Shown one piece after another: positions 63,686-64,000 of a DNA stretch of 64,000 bases (the first letter of the stretch is position 1; each line of letters begins with the position of its first letter). The position numbers and the translations under genes were made by a program. The notes under the pieces were generated by a model, which ran no database searches, had not been told where the DNA came from, and saw only the letters and a program-made list of their open reading frames with translations. Source of the stretch: Squalus acanthias (taxonomy: Eukaryota); assembly GCA_030390025.1 (NCBI GenBank), contig CM059432.1, forward strand, positions 19,346,001 through 19,410,000. The letters run 5' to 3'.

Positions 63686-64000
63686 GCCTAGAAATTGATC
63701 CACGCAGTGTCCAATTCTCGGGCACTACTCGGACTACTAAGGCCCCAGAATGGCGGGCAGGATGTATGCGCACATTTCCATCTGGAATTGCACTGCCCGC
63801 CATATTGGACAAGGACAAAAAATATGCGTCCTTTACTCACGCCTAAAACAGGCATTAGATGCATTGCATATGCAAATAAGGTGCCTAATACCTGTTTGAA
63901 GCCCTCCCTCCAATATTAGTTTGCCTTGAGACGCATGCAACATTCAGTGAAACCAGGCCTGGGGATCACCTGCTCGGCCTAACCAAGAAGGCAAATAACC
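63686..64000. mobile_element. Start of a Harbinger-type MITE, truncated by the window end
   Basis: GGCCTAGAAATT start resembles the other MITE TIRs. Confidence 0.4.

Overview
Repeat-dense eukaryotic DNA, most likely from a cartilaginous fish (HE1-type V-SINE, DeuSINE and CR1 LINEs with (TTCTATG)n tails). No host protein-coding gene could be recognised. Most of the window is nested transposons: CR1, L2 and Penelope retroelements, PIF/Harbinger elements and their MITEs. The main feature is a young, complete 10.7-kb provirus-like LTR element (28942-39620). It has 1674-bp LTRs, a GGGC TSD, an 18-nt tRNA-Arg PBS and a PPT. It encodes a Gag with a PPxY motif and a CCHC knuckle but no protease, RT, RNase H or integrase core. 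In place of pol is a non-enzymatic in-frame ORF after a TGA-CTG stop. Its 782-aa env pairs an N-terminal Ig-like domain with a paramyxo/loki-like class I fusion protein and is split cleanly by a CR1 insertion. Also notable are a 3.1-kb non-coding TG..CA element with ~335-bp inverted LTR-like ends and a 5-bp TSD (60427-63510), and minimal hammerhead ribozyme motifs in Penelope-derived repeats. All counts and alignments were done by eye.
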